The notes under the pieces: generated by a model
Databases searched by the model: none
What the model was told of the DNA's origin: nothing
The model's input: the letters and a program-made list of their open reading frames with translations, nothing else
Position numbers and translations under genes: made by a program
Assembly: GCA_963664825.1 (NCBI GenBank)
Contig: OY761614.1
Span: 672,001-736,000 of the forward strand
Source of the DNA: an uncultured Holophaga sp.
Lineage (GTDB): Bacteria; Acidobacteriota; Holophagae; Holophagales; Holophagaceae
DNA length: 64,000 nucleotides
Direction of reading: 5' to 3'
Shown here: positions 1 to 11,815 of the stretch, piece after piece
How the letters are laid out: each line of letters opens with the position of its first letter
Numbering within the stretch: position 1 is the first letter of the stretch

Positions 1-18
1 TTCCCTTTCGAATGCGCA

Positions 19-777
19 TCAGAGCCTCCGCCATTGGCCGTCGCCATTCTGGATGCCGGGGTTGTAGAACTTGTAGATCGAGGCGCCATTGCCCATCACG
101 ACGATCAAACCCATGGGGGCCCCCGGAAGCACCCCGCCGCTGCTGGTGGTCCCCACGATCCGGATGCTGAAGGTGGTATTGAAGCGTTTGTTGCTGCCGC
201 TGATAACGACGCGATTGAGCGCGGTCCGGCAGAAACTGTTCACATCGGCCGAGAGGCCGAGCATGGTCTCCCCGGATTTGAAGGGAGACACGGTGGTGAT
301 GTCCTGGTTCCTGGCCCCGGGTGCCGTGGGCAGCTTGGCCTGGTTCCATTCCCCCGTACCCATCACGGCGATGCGGGCCCTGGAATGGGAGGGCTCCGTG
401 GGTACGAAGTGGAAGGGGACGGCCACGGTCTGTCCATTGGCCAGGGAGGCCGCAGGCTGGATCCCAGCCAAGAGGCCATTGGCCGTGGTTTGGATCTGAG
501 CGTCCGTGAGGGAGGCATCCCCCTGGGCCAGGATCAAAGGCGTGCCCGCCGCCCAGGTCCCCCAGCTCACGATGGCCACATCGCGGCCCGTGGCGACGGA
601 GGCCTTGTGGGCGTTGGTGAGGGCGCCCTCGATCTCGTCCAGGAGGGAGCGCACGCCCCCCCCCTGCCGGTTGCCGAGCATGGTCACACCGACCATGGAC
701 AGGATGCCGATGATCGCCAGCACGACGAGCATCTCGATGAGTGAGAAGCCTCGGAGACTTCGAGAGGAGATGACCAT
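19..777 (-). CDS. Prepilin-type N-terminal cleavage/methylation domain protein (FimT/GspH-like minor pilin or pseudopilin)
   Basis: G|FSLIEMLVVLAIIGIL class III signal. ATG at 777 is preceded by GAGGT, so the ORF-track start at 867 is probably too long. Confidence 0.85.
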   Translation of the reverse strand: MVISSRSLRGFSLIEMLVVLAIIGILSMVGVTMLGNRQGGGVRSLLDEIEGALTNAHKASVATGRDVAIVSWGTWAAGTPLILAQGDASLTDAQIQTTANGLLAGIQPAASLANGQTVAVPFHFVPTEPSHSRARIAVMGTGEWNQAKLPTAPGARNQDITTVSPFKSGETMLGLSADVNSFCRTALNRVVISGSNKRFNTTFSIRIVGTTSSGGVLPGAPMGLIVVMGNGASIYKFYNPGIQNGDGQWRRL

Positions 778-909
778 GGCGGACCTCGACGGGAAAGATC
801 GGGCGGGGCAACCATGGGAGAGGAAAATATTTGCGCGGTCTATATCAACATTTCCGTGAAGCGTCAAGGTTCCACGGAACTATTTCGCAGGCAAATGTAA
901 AAAAAATAG

Positions 910-3195
910 TCACACCCCGAAATTAAGGGGGTCCCGATCCAGGGAAAGGGGGCCACCGGGCGCCAGGGGGGCGAGGCGAAGGGCTTCCCCCAGGGGTCCG
1001 CGAGTCCAGGCCTTGAGGATCAGTTGCATGCGGTAGCGGTCCTTGACCCTTGGGATGGGAGCCTCCAGGGGACCGAGCATGCGCAATCCGGCCACGGCCT
1101 GGAGGCTGGATTTCAGGGCCTGGAGGGGTGCCAGGGCTTCTTCGGGCGTATCGCCCTCGCTGCGGTAGAGGGAGAGCACCGCGAAGGGGGGATAGGCCAT
1201 CCCCTGGCGATAGGGCAGCTCCTCCAGGGCGAAGGCCTCGAAATCCTGGGCCACCGCATGCACGATGGCGGGATGATCCGGGCTGTAGGTCTGGAGGAGC
1301 ACCCTGCCGGGGAGTTCCGCCCGGCCCGCCCGGCCCGCCACCTGGGTCAACAGGTGGAAGGTGCGTTCCGCGGCCCGGAAATCCGAGATCTTCAGGCCCA
1401 GATCGGCGTTGAGGATGCCCACCAGGGTGAGTCTGGGAAAGGTGTGGCCCTTGGCGAGCATCTGGGTGCCCACGAGGATATCCACTTCGCCATTTTCGGC
1501 CGCCAGGAGCCCGGCCTCGAGGGAACCCCGGCGCTGGGTGGTATCCCGGTCCAGGCGCAGGATGCGGGCCGTAGGGAAGAGCTCCTGGAGCTGGTCCTCG
1601 ATCTGTTCGGTGCCTTCGCCCACACCCCGCAGATGCTCCGCGCCGCAGCTCGGGCAGACCTCAGGAGGAGCGGCTTCGAAGCCGCAGAGATGGCAGCGCA
1701 GCCGGTACGATCCCTTGTGGTAGGTGAGGCTGATGGAGCAGTGGGGACAATCCAGAGGCTTGCCGCAGGCCCGGCACATCCAGAAGTTCTCGAAGCCCCG
1801 GCGGTTCAACAGGAGCATGGACTGTTCGCCCTTTTCAAGGGTCTCCCCCAGGGCCTTCAGGAGCAGGGGCGAGAAGACCACCTTCTTGCGCTCGGTCTTG
1901 TAGCACTCCCGCAGATCCACCACCTTGACGGTGGGGAGCTGGCTGCCGAGCGGACGCTGTGTCAGTTTGAGCAGCCGGTAGCGCCCATTCTGGGCCGCGT
2001 GCCAGCTCTCCAGGCTGGGTGTGGCGCTGCCCAGCACCACCGGGCAATTCTCCAGTTGGCCGCGCTTGATGGCTAGGTCCCGAGCATTGATCCGGGGATG
2101 TTCCTCGCTCTTGTAGGAGGACTCCTGCTCCTCGTCCACCACGATGAGCCCGATCTGGCGGAGGGGCGCCAGCACCGCGTTGCGCACGCCCACGAAGATC
2201 GGGGCCTCGTCGTTGAGCAGGCGCATCACGTCGGCCTGTTTCTCCGTGGCGTTGAGGCCCGCATGGCCCACGGCCACCTTGCCCGGGAAGCGCCCCTCCA
2301 GCCGGGACAAGAGGCGGGGCGTCAGGCCGATCTCGGGCACGAGCCAGAGCACGCGGCGCCCCTTGGCGAGGGTCTTTTCCGCCAGATCCAGGTAGACCTC
2401 GGTCTTGCCCGAACCCGTCACGCCGAAGAGTAGGTAGGCCCCGAAGCCTTCGAGTTCCACGGCCCTGGAGGCCCGCACCTGCTCCTCGTTGAGCGTAACG
2501 AGTCGGTCCGGGGTCTCCTCGCGCTTCTGGGAGAGGAGATCCAGGCGCCGCACCCGCTCGATGAGGCCGTTGCGTTCCAATGTGCCCAGCACGGAGACGC
2601 CCACCTTGGCGACCTCCAGGACATCTTCCTCCAGCGCGGTCCCTCCAGCCTCCTCCAGCATCTGAAGCACACGGGCCTGTGTGGGCGTGACCTTGAGGGG
2701 GTGGGGCGTTTGAGTCCTCCGGACCTCCGTGATGCCCGCCCCCCGGAGGGAACGCCGATGGAAGAGCCCGGAGAGGGAGAGCTGCCCCTCATGCCAGGCC
2801 TGGCCCAGGCTCTCCAGCCCCGCCCAATCGGAGGCCTCCCGCAGCTCCGAGAGCCGCCGCCCATCCGGCAGCTGCATTTCCCAGTCCGCCTGCACGGCCG
2901 CAGGCAGGCAGAGGGCCATCAGGTGTGGGATGCCGCAGCCATAGTAGTGGCCGGCAAATTCGAGGAGCTCTCGCAATTTCGGAGGCAACAGGGGGAAGGG
3001 ATCCACCAGGGATTCGATGGGCCGCAGCTTCACCGCCGGGGGCGCGGGATCCGGCCCCAGCACCACGCCCACCAGGTTCCCGTTCCGCAGTTTCACGCGC
3101 ACCCTCAGGCCCGGGGGGAGGCCCTCGGGCGCGAGATAGGTGAGGGGCGGCAGGGGCCGCGCCAGTTCGATGCGGGTAGGGACGAGTCGGGTCAT
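910..3195 (-). CDS. priA: Primosomal protein N' (replication restart helicase)
   Basis: GVTGSGKTEVY Walker A, DEEQ motif II, four CxxC zinc-finger pairs, GTQMLAKG, QVAGRAGR. Confidence 0.96.
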   Translation of the reverse strand: MTRLVPTRIELARPLPPLTYLAPEGLPPGLRVRVKLRNGNLVGVVLGPDPAPPAVKLRPIESLVDPFPLLPPKLRELLEFAGHYYGCGIPHLMALCLPAAVQADWEMQLPDGRRLSELREASDWAGLESLGQAWHEGQLSLSGLFHRRSLRGAGITEVRRTQTPHPLKVTPTQARVLQMLEEAGGTALEEDVLEVAKVGVSVLGTLERNGLIERVRRLDLLSQKREETPDRLVTLNEEQVRASRAVELEGFGAYLLFGVTGSGKTEVYLDLAEKTLAKGRRVLWLVPEIGLTPRLLSRLEGRFPGKVAVGHAGLNATEKQADVMRLLNDEAPIFVGVRNAVLAPLRQIGLIVVDEEQESSYKSEEHPRINARDLAIKRGQLENCPVVLGSATPSLESWHAAQNGRYRLLKLTQRPLGSQLPTVKVVDLRECYKTERKKVVFSPLLLKALGETLEKGEQSMLLLNRRGFENFWMCRACGKPLDCPHCSISLTYHKGSYRLRCHLCGFEAAPPEVCPSCGAEHLRGVGEGTEQIEDQLQELFPTARILRLDRDTTQRRGSLEAGLLAAENGEVDILVGTQMLAKGHTFPRLTLVGILNADLGLKISDFRAAERTFHLLTQVAGRAGRAELPGRVLLQTYSPDHPAIVHAVAQDFEAFALEELPYRQGMAYPPFAVLSLYRSEGDTPEEALAPLQALKSSLQAVAGLRMLGPLEAPIPRVKDRYRMQLILKAWTRGPLGEALRLAPLAPGGPLSLDRDPLNFGV

Positions 3196-3215
3196 GCTTG
3201 AAGTAGACTAGACCC

Positions 3216-4235
3216 ATGTTGGTCCTCGGCCTCGAATCAAGCTGTGATGATTGTTCCGCTGCGGTGGTGGAGGAGACGGCCTCCGGCCCCGTCGCCAGAT
3301 CCATGGTGCGCAAGAGCCAGGACGAGATCCATGCGCCCTATGGTGGCGTGGTGCCGGAGCTGGCGGCCCGGGAGCACTTGCTCCAGCTGCGCAGCGTCAT
3401 CGGTCAGGCCCTGGCCCAGGCCGGCGTCACCTTCCGGGACCTGGACAGAATCGCGGTAACCCAAGGACCAGGCCTCGTTGGTTGCCTGCTCACCACCTTC
3501 AGCGCCGCCAAAGCCATCGCCTGGAGGGAGGGCATTCCCTGGGTGCCTGTCCACCATCTGCTGGGCCACCTCAACGCCGCCCGCTTCCAGGTCCCGGATC
3601 TGCCCTTCCCCGCCCTAGCCCTGCTGGTCTCCGGAGGCCACACCCATCTCTACAAGGCCACGGATTGGACCCACCTCCAGCTACTCCAGAAGACACGGGA
3701 CGACGCGGCGGGAGAGGCCTTCGACAAGACCGCCCGCATGCTGAACCTGGGCTATCCGGGAGGCCCCATCGTGGATGTCTGCGCACGGAAAGCCCTGGTG
3801 TCCGGAGCCCCCTTCACCGCCCCCAAATTCAGGGATGGCAAGGCGGCCTGGAGCTTCTCGGGGCTCAAGACCGGCGTGAAGATGCGCATCGCCTCCCAAC
3901 CGGGCCTGGAGAGCGCCGGCATCGAGGACCCGCGGGTCCAGTCCCTCTGCCGCATCCTTCAGGAGACCATCGCCAAATGGCTCCTCAAGCCCGTTGCCGA
4001 TTTCGCCCGGGAGACCGGGGCCCAGAGCCTCGTGGTCTCGGGAGGCGTGGCCTGCAATTCCGAGCTGCGAGCCCAAGCCAAGGCTCTGGCCGATCGGCTG
4101 GGGCTCCACCTCGCCATCCCCGAGCCGAGATTTTGCACCGACAATGGGGCCATGATCGCCTCGGCCGGAGCCCTCCTGCCCCCAGCGGAGGACCCGCTCC
4201 CGGTCAATGCCGACGCCAACCTCAAGCTGCCCTAG
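3216..4235 (+). CDS. tsaD: tRNA N6-threonylcarbamoyladenosine synthesis protein TsaD
   Basis: LGLESSCDD, GGVVPELAAREH, HHLLGH, LLVSGGHT, DDAAGEAFDK, CTDNGAMIA. Confidence 0.97.
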   Translation: MLVLGLESSCDDCSAAVVEETASGPVARSMVRKSQDEIHAPYGGVVPELAAREHLLQLRSVIGQALAQAGVTFRDLDRIAVTQGPGLVGCLLTTFSAAKAIAWREGIPWVPVHHLLGHLNAARFQVPDLPFPALALLVSGGHTHLYKATDWTHLQLLQKTRDDAAGEAFDKTARMLNLGYPGGPIVDVCARKALVSGAPFTAPKFRDGKAAWSFSGLKTGVKMRIASQPGLESAGIEDPRVQSLCRILQETIAKWLLKPVADFARETGAQSLVVSGGVACNSELRAQAKALADRLGLHLAIPEPRFCTDNGAMIASAGALLPPAEDPLPVNADANLKLP

Positions 4236-4243
4236 GAGCCGCC

Positions 4244-4531
4244 ATGGAAGTCACCCGCGAGGATGTCCTGCGCTGTGCGCGCCTCACGAACCTCAGCCTC
4301 CGGGAAGAGGAGATCGAGCCCCTGCGCCGGGACATGACCCAGCTGCTCAGCCATGCCGAGAGCCTGAACAGCCTGTCCCTGGAAGGGGTGGAACCCACCA
4401 TCCATGGCCCGGGGATCGTCCTTCTGCGGCGGGAAGACCGGGTCCTCCCCGGTTTCAGCCAGGCCGAAGCCCTGGCCAACGCCCCCGACCAGGCGCGAGG
4501 ACATTTTCGTGTCCCCAAAGTGATCGGATGA
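4244..4531 (+). CDS. gatC: Asp/Glu-tRNA amidotransferase subunit C
   Basis: 95 aa from MEVTREDV, with GVEPT, REDRV and ALANAP...HFRVPKVI. AGGAG RBS upstream. Corresponds to the 3' part of track ORF 3251..4531. Confidence 0.9.
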   Translation: MEVTREDVLRCARLTNLSLREEEIEPLRRDMTQLLSHAESLNSLSLEGVEPTIHGPGIVLLRREDRVLPGFSQAEALANAPDQARGHFRVPKVIG

Positions 4532-4616
4532 AAGCGCCCATGATCTAAGATGAACGGGATCCATGCCGATTGATTCCCTGATCGGGCGTGCATCTCATTG
4601 AAGAGGCGGCAGATTC

Positions 4617-5297
4617 ATGAACCCGTACGAAGTCCTCGAGATCTCCCCCAACGCCTCCGCCGAGGAAATCAAGGAGGCCTACCACCTGCTCGCCAAGAAA
4701 TGGCACCCGGACCGTTTCATGGGCCAGGAGCATGAGGCCGCCGAACAGCGCTTCCGGGAGCTGGCCGAGGCCTTCGCCCAACTCAAGAACATGGACCACC
4801 CCCTCGCCCCGGCTCCCCAGGAGCCCTCTTCAGCCGCGCCGAAGGAAACAAATATTCCCCTGGCCACCTCGGTACCGCCGGCGGCCAGGACCACCCAGGA
4901 TTGGTACACGGAGGCCAAGGCCGCCTTCGATGCCCAGGATCTGGACCGGGCCCTGAGCCTCATCCATTACGCCCTGCGGATGGATACCGAGCGGGTGGAA
5001 TTCCACATGCTCTATGCGCAACTACTGGATCGCCCCGGAGGGGATGTCCGCAAGCTGATCCATACCCTCGAGCAGGTCCTGCGCCTGAACCCCAAGGAAG
5101 TCGACAGCGCCATTCGCCTGGCCCAGCTCTACCAGTCCGTGGGACTCAGCACCAAGGCCACCCGCATGTGGCAGACCGTGAGACGCATCGCCCCCGGCCA
5201 CAAGGTGTTCCAGCAACCGGCCAAGAGCGCCCCGGGCAGCCTCGGGGAGCAGTTCAGCGAACTGGTGGAGAAGATCAAGGGTTTCTTCAAGCGATAG
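4617..5297 (+). CDS. DnaJ-domain protein with TPR repeats
   Basis: NPYEVLEI...KKWHPDRF J-domain with HPD motif, followed by helical TPR-like repeats. Confidence 0.85.
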   Translation: MNPYEVLEISPNASAEEIKEAYHLLAKKWHPDRFMGQEHEAAEQRFRELAEAFAQLKNMDHPLAPAPQEPSSAAPKETNIPLATSVPPAARTTQDWYTEAKAAFDAQDLDRALSLIHYALRMDTERVEFHMLYAQLLDRPGGDVRKLIHTLEQVLRLNPKEVDSAIRLAQLYQSVGLSTKATRMWQTVRRIAPGHKVFQQPAKSAPGSLGEQFSELVEKIKGFFKR

Positions 5298-5300
5298 GGG

Positions 5301-5933
5301 CTACCAGTCGCTTCCGCCTGAATCTCCGCCGGAGTCCCCCCAGTCGCCTCCGGAGTCTCCACCCGAATCTCCACCCCCATCGCCCCAATCGCCGCCGCTG
5401 GAGCCGGAATTCCCACCCCCCCAGCCATCGTCATCATGGTGATCGTGATGGTCGCCTCCGAGCATGCTGCCCAGCATCATGCCGGTGAGCAGTCCGCCCA
5501 TGCCGCCTCCCCCCTGCTGGTAGCCCGGTTGACCACCCATCATCGCCGAGCCGCCGTCCAGACCCATGCGCTGGCGGGCGCTGGGGGGCAATTCCTCGTC
5601 TTTTAGTTCCTGGATCTGAGTGTTGCCGCAGTAACCGCAGGTCCAGGTGACCCTGCGGAGCCCATCCCACTGCTGCTTCATCTTGTCACCCACGGCCGCG
5701 CAGTTCGGACACTTGGGATAGGGGTTGGCGAAGGTATGGGCCTGGAGCGGGCCGCTCTCCATGGGCCGCTTGGAGGCGCCCAGCAGTTCGGTCTTGTCGC
5801 GGCGCCCCTTCATCACGAAGTAGATCACCACCCCGATGGCCAGAAGGGCCAGGAAGCAGCCGAAGCCACTGCCACCGCCTTCGTCCCGACGACGCAGCAT
5901 GGATAGGTTGGATTGGAGGAGCATCGCCTGCAT
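5301..5933 (-). CDS. Hypothetical membrane protein with zinc ribbon and Gly/Asp-rich tail
   Basis: One TM helix, CPNC...CGYC, and GGDSGGDW repeats. Confidence 0.7.
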   Translation of the reverse strand: MQAMLLQSNLSMLRRRDEGGGSGFGCFLALLAIGVVIYFVMKGRRDKTELLGASKRPMESGPLQAHTFANPYPKCPNCAAVGDKMKQQWDGLRRVTWTCGYCGNTQIQELKDEELPPSARQRMGLDGGSAMMGGQPGYQQGGGGMGGLLTGMMLGSMLGGDHHDHHDDDGWGGGNSGSSGGDWGDGGGDSGGDSGGDWGDSGGDSGGSDW

Positions 5934-6061
5934 GGAAGCCTCGCGGAACAGCCCTTAGCTTACGCCATGCCCGAAGCAAGGGGATGGGAAGGCGCCCACG
6001 GGCAGGAAAGGTCCTGTGAAGGGACGCGGTTCACCGGCCAACAGGCCCTATCATGGGCAGA

Positions 6062-7189
6062 ATGATCCTGATCCCCCCCGCCCCCCACTGGAATGTCCTC
6101 GGCCTCATGTCCGGCACCAGCGCCGATGGTACCGATGCGGTCCTAATTGACGTGGATCCAACGGGTTTCAAGGGGGGAGACCCCTTCCTGGCCTTCCTCG
6201 GGCACCACCACCTGCCCTACCCCCCGACCCTTCGGGAGGGCGTGCTGGCCGCCGCTGCCGATGCCCTGAAGCCCTCGGAGCTCTGCATCCTCCAGCGGCG
6301 CCTGGGGGAATGCCACGCGGCCGCGGCCCGGGCCCTCACCCAGGAACTGGGCCTGAAGCCCCATTTCGCCAGCCTCCACGGCCAGACGGTCCAGCACCGC
6401 CCCGAATCCGGCGCCACCCTGCAACTGGCGGATCCCTATGTTCTCGCCGAAGCCCTGGCATGCCCCGTGATCTGGGATCTCCGTCGCCGGGACATGGCCC
6501 TGGGAGGCCAGGGCGCGCCCCTGGTCCCCATGACCGAGCTCTGGCTCCACGACCAGACCCACCCCTGGGCGGCCTTGAACCTGGGAGGCATCGCCAATAT
6601 CACGGCCTGGGACGGCCTCCACGTGCAGGCCTGGGATCTCGGCCCGGCCATGAGCCTGCTGGATCTGGCGGCCCGGAAATGGCTGGACCTCCCCTTCGAT
6701 CCCGAGGGAGCCCACGCCACGGGCCGCGTCGCTTCAAGGCTGCTGGAGGGCTGGATGACCCATCCCCATTTCCAGATGGCCCCCCCGAAGTCCACCGGCA
6801 GGGAGGTCTTCGGCGCCGCCTGGCTCCAGGCCCAAAGTCCGGCCCTGGAAGCACTCCCCACCGAGGACCGCCTCGCCACACTGGCGGCCTTCTCGGCGGA
6901 AGCCTGCGCCCGGGAATACGCGCGCTGGGGCAGCCCCCTGCCGCTGGGAACGCCCCTCTGGATCTCGGGTGGCGGGGCGCGCCATGGCCGCCTGGCCAGG
7001 GAACTGGCCCAGCGCCTGCCGGATTTCCGGATAGAGCAGGACCGGGCCTTCCCGTCGGGCGCCCGGGAAGCCGTCAGCTGGGCCCTGCTGGGGGCGGCCA
7101 GCGCCGCGGGCCTGCCGGGCAATCTCCCTTCGGTGACCGGGGCCCGCGGCCCGGCCATCCTCGGCAGCTGGGTCCCCGGGAAGGGGTGA
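6062..7189 (+). CDS. anmK: Anhydro-N-acetylmuramic acid kinase
   Basis: GLMSGTSADGTD, HGQTV, GGQGAPLVP, NLGGIANIT, PPKSTGRE. Start placed at ATG 6062; 6053 is the alternative. Confidence 0.95.
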   Translation: MILIPPAPHWNVLGLMSGTSADGTDAVLIDVDPTGFKGGDPFLAFLGHHHLPYPPTLREGVLAAAADALKPSELCILQRRLGECHAAAARALTQELGLKPHFASLHGQTVQHRPESGATLQLADPYVLAEALACPVIWDLRRRDMALGGQGAPLVPMTELWLHDQTHPWAALNLGGIANITAWDGLHVQAWDLGPAMSLLDLAARKWLDLPFDPEGAHATGRVASRLLEGWMTHPHFQMAPPKSTGREVFGAAWLQAQSPALEALPTEDRLATLAAFSAEACAREYARWGSPLPLGTPLWISGGGARHGRLARELAQRLPDFRIEQDRAFPSGAREAVSWALLGAASAAGLPGNLPSVTGARGPAILGSWVPGKG

Positions 7190-7195
7190 AGGCCC

Positions 7196-9174
7196 GTGAA
7201 ATTCGCCCGCTGGATCGATCATCTGCCGCCCTGGATCTCCTTGGGCGCCATCGCGAGCACCGGGTCGTTCACGGCCTTGGAACTCGCCGTCATGGTCGCC
7301 CCCCTCGCTGCGGCGATCCTGGTGGAGGCCCGGCATTGGAACGCCCTGCGCTGCCGCAGGCTCCTGGAACTGGGCGCGGTAGGCGCCCTCCTGCTCCAGA
7401 TCCTGCTGGGAATCGGCCTGGTACCCACCACCGTCAACACCCTCTTCCTGCTCTGCGGGATCCGCCTGGCCCTGCCCAGGGGCCTCCCCCAGCGCCGCCA
7501 GCTGCTGCTGATGGGTTTCCTCCTCTTCCTGGTGACCTCCATCGCCACGTTCGAATTGGAGTTTCTCTTCTGGGCCCTGGCCTGGACGGCCGGGACCTCC
7601 CTGGTGCTGCTGTACCAGACCTGGGAGGCCTCCTCCTCCCTGGGGAGAAATGCCTCCCAGCCTCCGCCCCACCGGCAGGTGCTGCCCTGGACGGCGGCCT
7701 GCCTCCTGCTGGGAAGCCTCTGCTTCGTCATCCTGCCCCGCCAAACCCTGGGACTCCGTTTCTTCCCCTGGGGCGTGGCGGGCCTTTCGGGTAGCACGGC
7801 AGGCCTCAGCAACCGGGTGGAGTTCTTCGACAAGGGCCCCATCTCCAGGAATGGGGAGGTCGTGCTCCGCATCCTCCCCGCCGATCCACCCAGCGAGGCC
7901 CGTAGGCAACGCTTCGAAGAGGCCTTCGGGCTCCTCCGGGGCCTCACCCTGGAGGGCCTGGAGGGCCAGCGCTGGGAGACCCTCCCGGATACGCCCCCCG
8001 CTCCCCAGTTCCTGGCGAGCGACTACGAATGGGAGCACAGGCAGGAATCCCCAGGCCGCCTGGGGGCCGAGCTCTTCGTCGCCCCCAACCCCTTCGGCCT
8101 CATCCCCCTGCCCGCGGGCTGGGTGGGCCCCCTGCCGCCTCCGGGCATGACCCTGCGCCGGGGCCCCGGGGGCAGCACACGCTGGGAGACCCCTTCCCGC
8201 AGGCCTGTGCCCCTGAGGATCCTCGTGGATCCCCACCCCTCCAGCGAGGGCCCCATGCGGGCCTCGAGGCTTTCTCTGCTGACCTTCCCGGGCACGGGCA
8301 CGGAGGCCGCCCTGGCCTGGAGCCGTCGCATCGCGCCGGGGGACGCCGCCCCCGGGGAACTGGCCCAACGCCTAGCCGCCGAGCTGCGCTCCTATACCTA
8401 CACCCTGGAAAACCCCAGCGGAGCCGCCGCCAACCCCTTGCAGGATTTCCTGGAACGCACCCGGGCGGGCCACTGCGAATACTTCGCCTCGGCCCTGGCC
8501 ATTGCTTTGCGCCACCGGGGCGTCCCGGCCCGGGTGGTGAACGGCTACCGGCTGGGCCCCTGGATCCAGGAGGGTGGCTACTGGCTCGTCACCCAGGATC
8601 AGGCCCATAGCTGGGTCGAGTACTTCGATGGGGCGCAGCGGACCTGGATCACCGAGGACCCCACACCCCCGGGGCCCCGGAGCGGGATGGCCTCGGAGAC
8701 CCTCTGGGGCTCCCTCCAGCGCTGGACGGATGCCCTGGGTTTCCAATGGGATCGCCATGTGATGCGATTCTCCGACGAGGATCAGATGGCGGGACTGGCC
8801 TGGATCCAGGCTCAGGCCGCTCACCTGCCCCACTGGAGACCGGAACGCCGAACCTGCCTAGCCCTGGGATGGGCCTTGGCGCTCCTACTGGGTTTCCGCC
8901 TGGCCCGCCGAGTCTTGCCCCCTCGCCCCCCCTCTGGCCCCAAGGGGATCCTCGCCCTCAAGCCTCTGCTCCGAAAGGCCGAAGGACGCTTCCCCCCCGC
9001 CCAGGGCGAGACGGCCAGAAGGTGGCTCCAACGCCTAGGCGAGGCGCAGCCTCAATCCCGGTCGAAGTTCCTGGCCCTGGCCGAGGAAGTGGACGCCGTA
9101 GGCTACGGGGGCCGGGAGGACACCCACCTGAAGCGCCTAGCCCGGGAAGCGGCCCAGGACTTCGGGAGAAAAGA

Positions 9175-9178
<4 letters not shown>
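7196..9178 (+). CDS. TgpA-like membrane transglutaminase-domain protein (DUF3488 + transglutaminase)
   Basis: N-terminal multi-TM region, catalytic-triad motifs GHCEYFAS, AHSWVE and EDPTP, and a C-terminal TM. Confidence 0.85.
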
Positions 9179-11454
<2,276 letters not shown>

Positions 11455-11619
11455 CCCTCGAGTCTAGCAAGCCTGTGGCGCGAGGCCTTGATCGGAGAGA
11501 AGGGAGGGTCACAGAGCCCATCGCGGAGAACAGCACACTACCCGCGCCAGGACACTGCTGCCGCTGGGTCTCAGTGCGAGGTTTCAGAACGTCTATCCAT
11601 CCTGCCCCGTCACCCAGCT

Positions 11620-11813
11620 TTGCCCCGAAGTCCACCCTTAGCCGCCCCAAGAGCTTCTCTGCAAACCTGGACCAAGCCTCCCGAACCAGATCCTGGGTGG
11701 AGCCCGTCTCCACGATTCACCCAGGCATCAATCCAGGGGCGAACCCAAGCCAATCAGCGCCGGATGACTGGCGCCTCGTTTTTGACGATCATGTTGAGAT
11801 AAAGGGTGGGCAA
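11620..11813 (-). pseudogene. Degenerate GT2 family glycosyltransferase 5' fragment
   Basis: Hand translation gives LPTLYLNMIVKNEAPVIRR*LAWVRPWIDAWV, then after a 1-nt shift IVETGSTQDLVREAW...VDFG. This matches the GT2 CLxMIVKNE...VDTGSTD pattern. TGA at 11756-11754, extra base at about 11717. The 3' boundary is approximate. Confidence 0.8.
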
Positions 11814-11815
11814 GC

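Noticed and set aside
11754..11756. In-frame TGA at a Cys position as selenocysteine
   Set aside because: It is accompanied by a frameshift, a deletion and a truncation, so decay is the simpler explanation.
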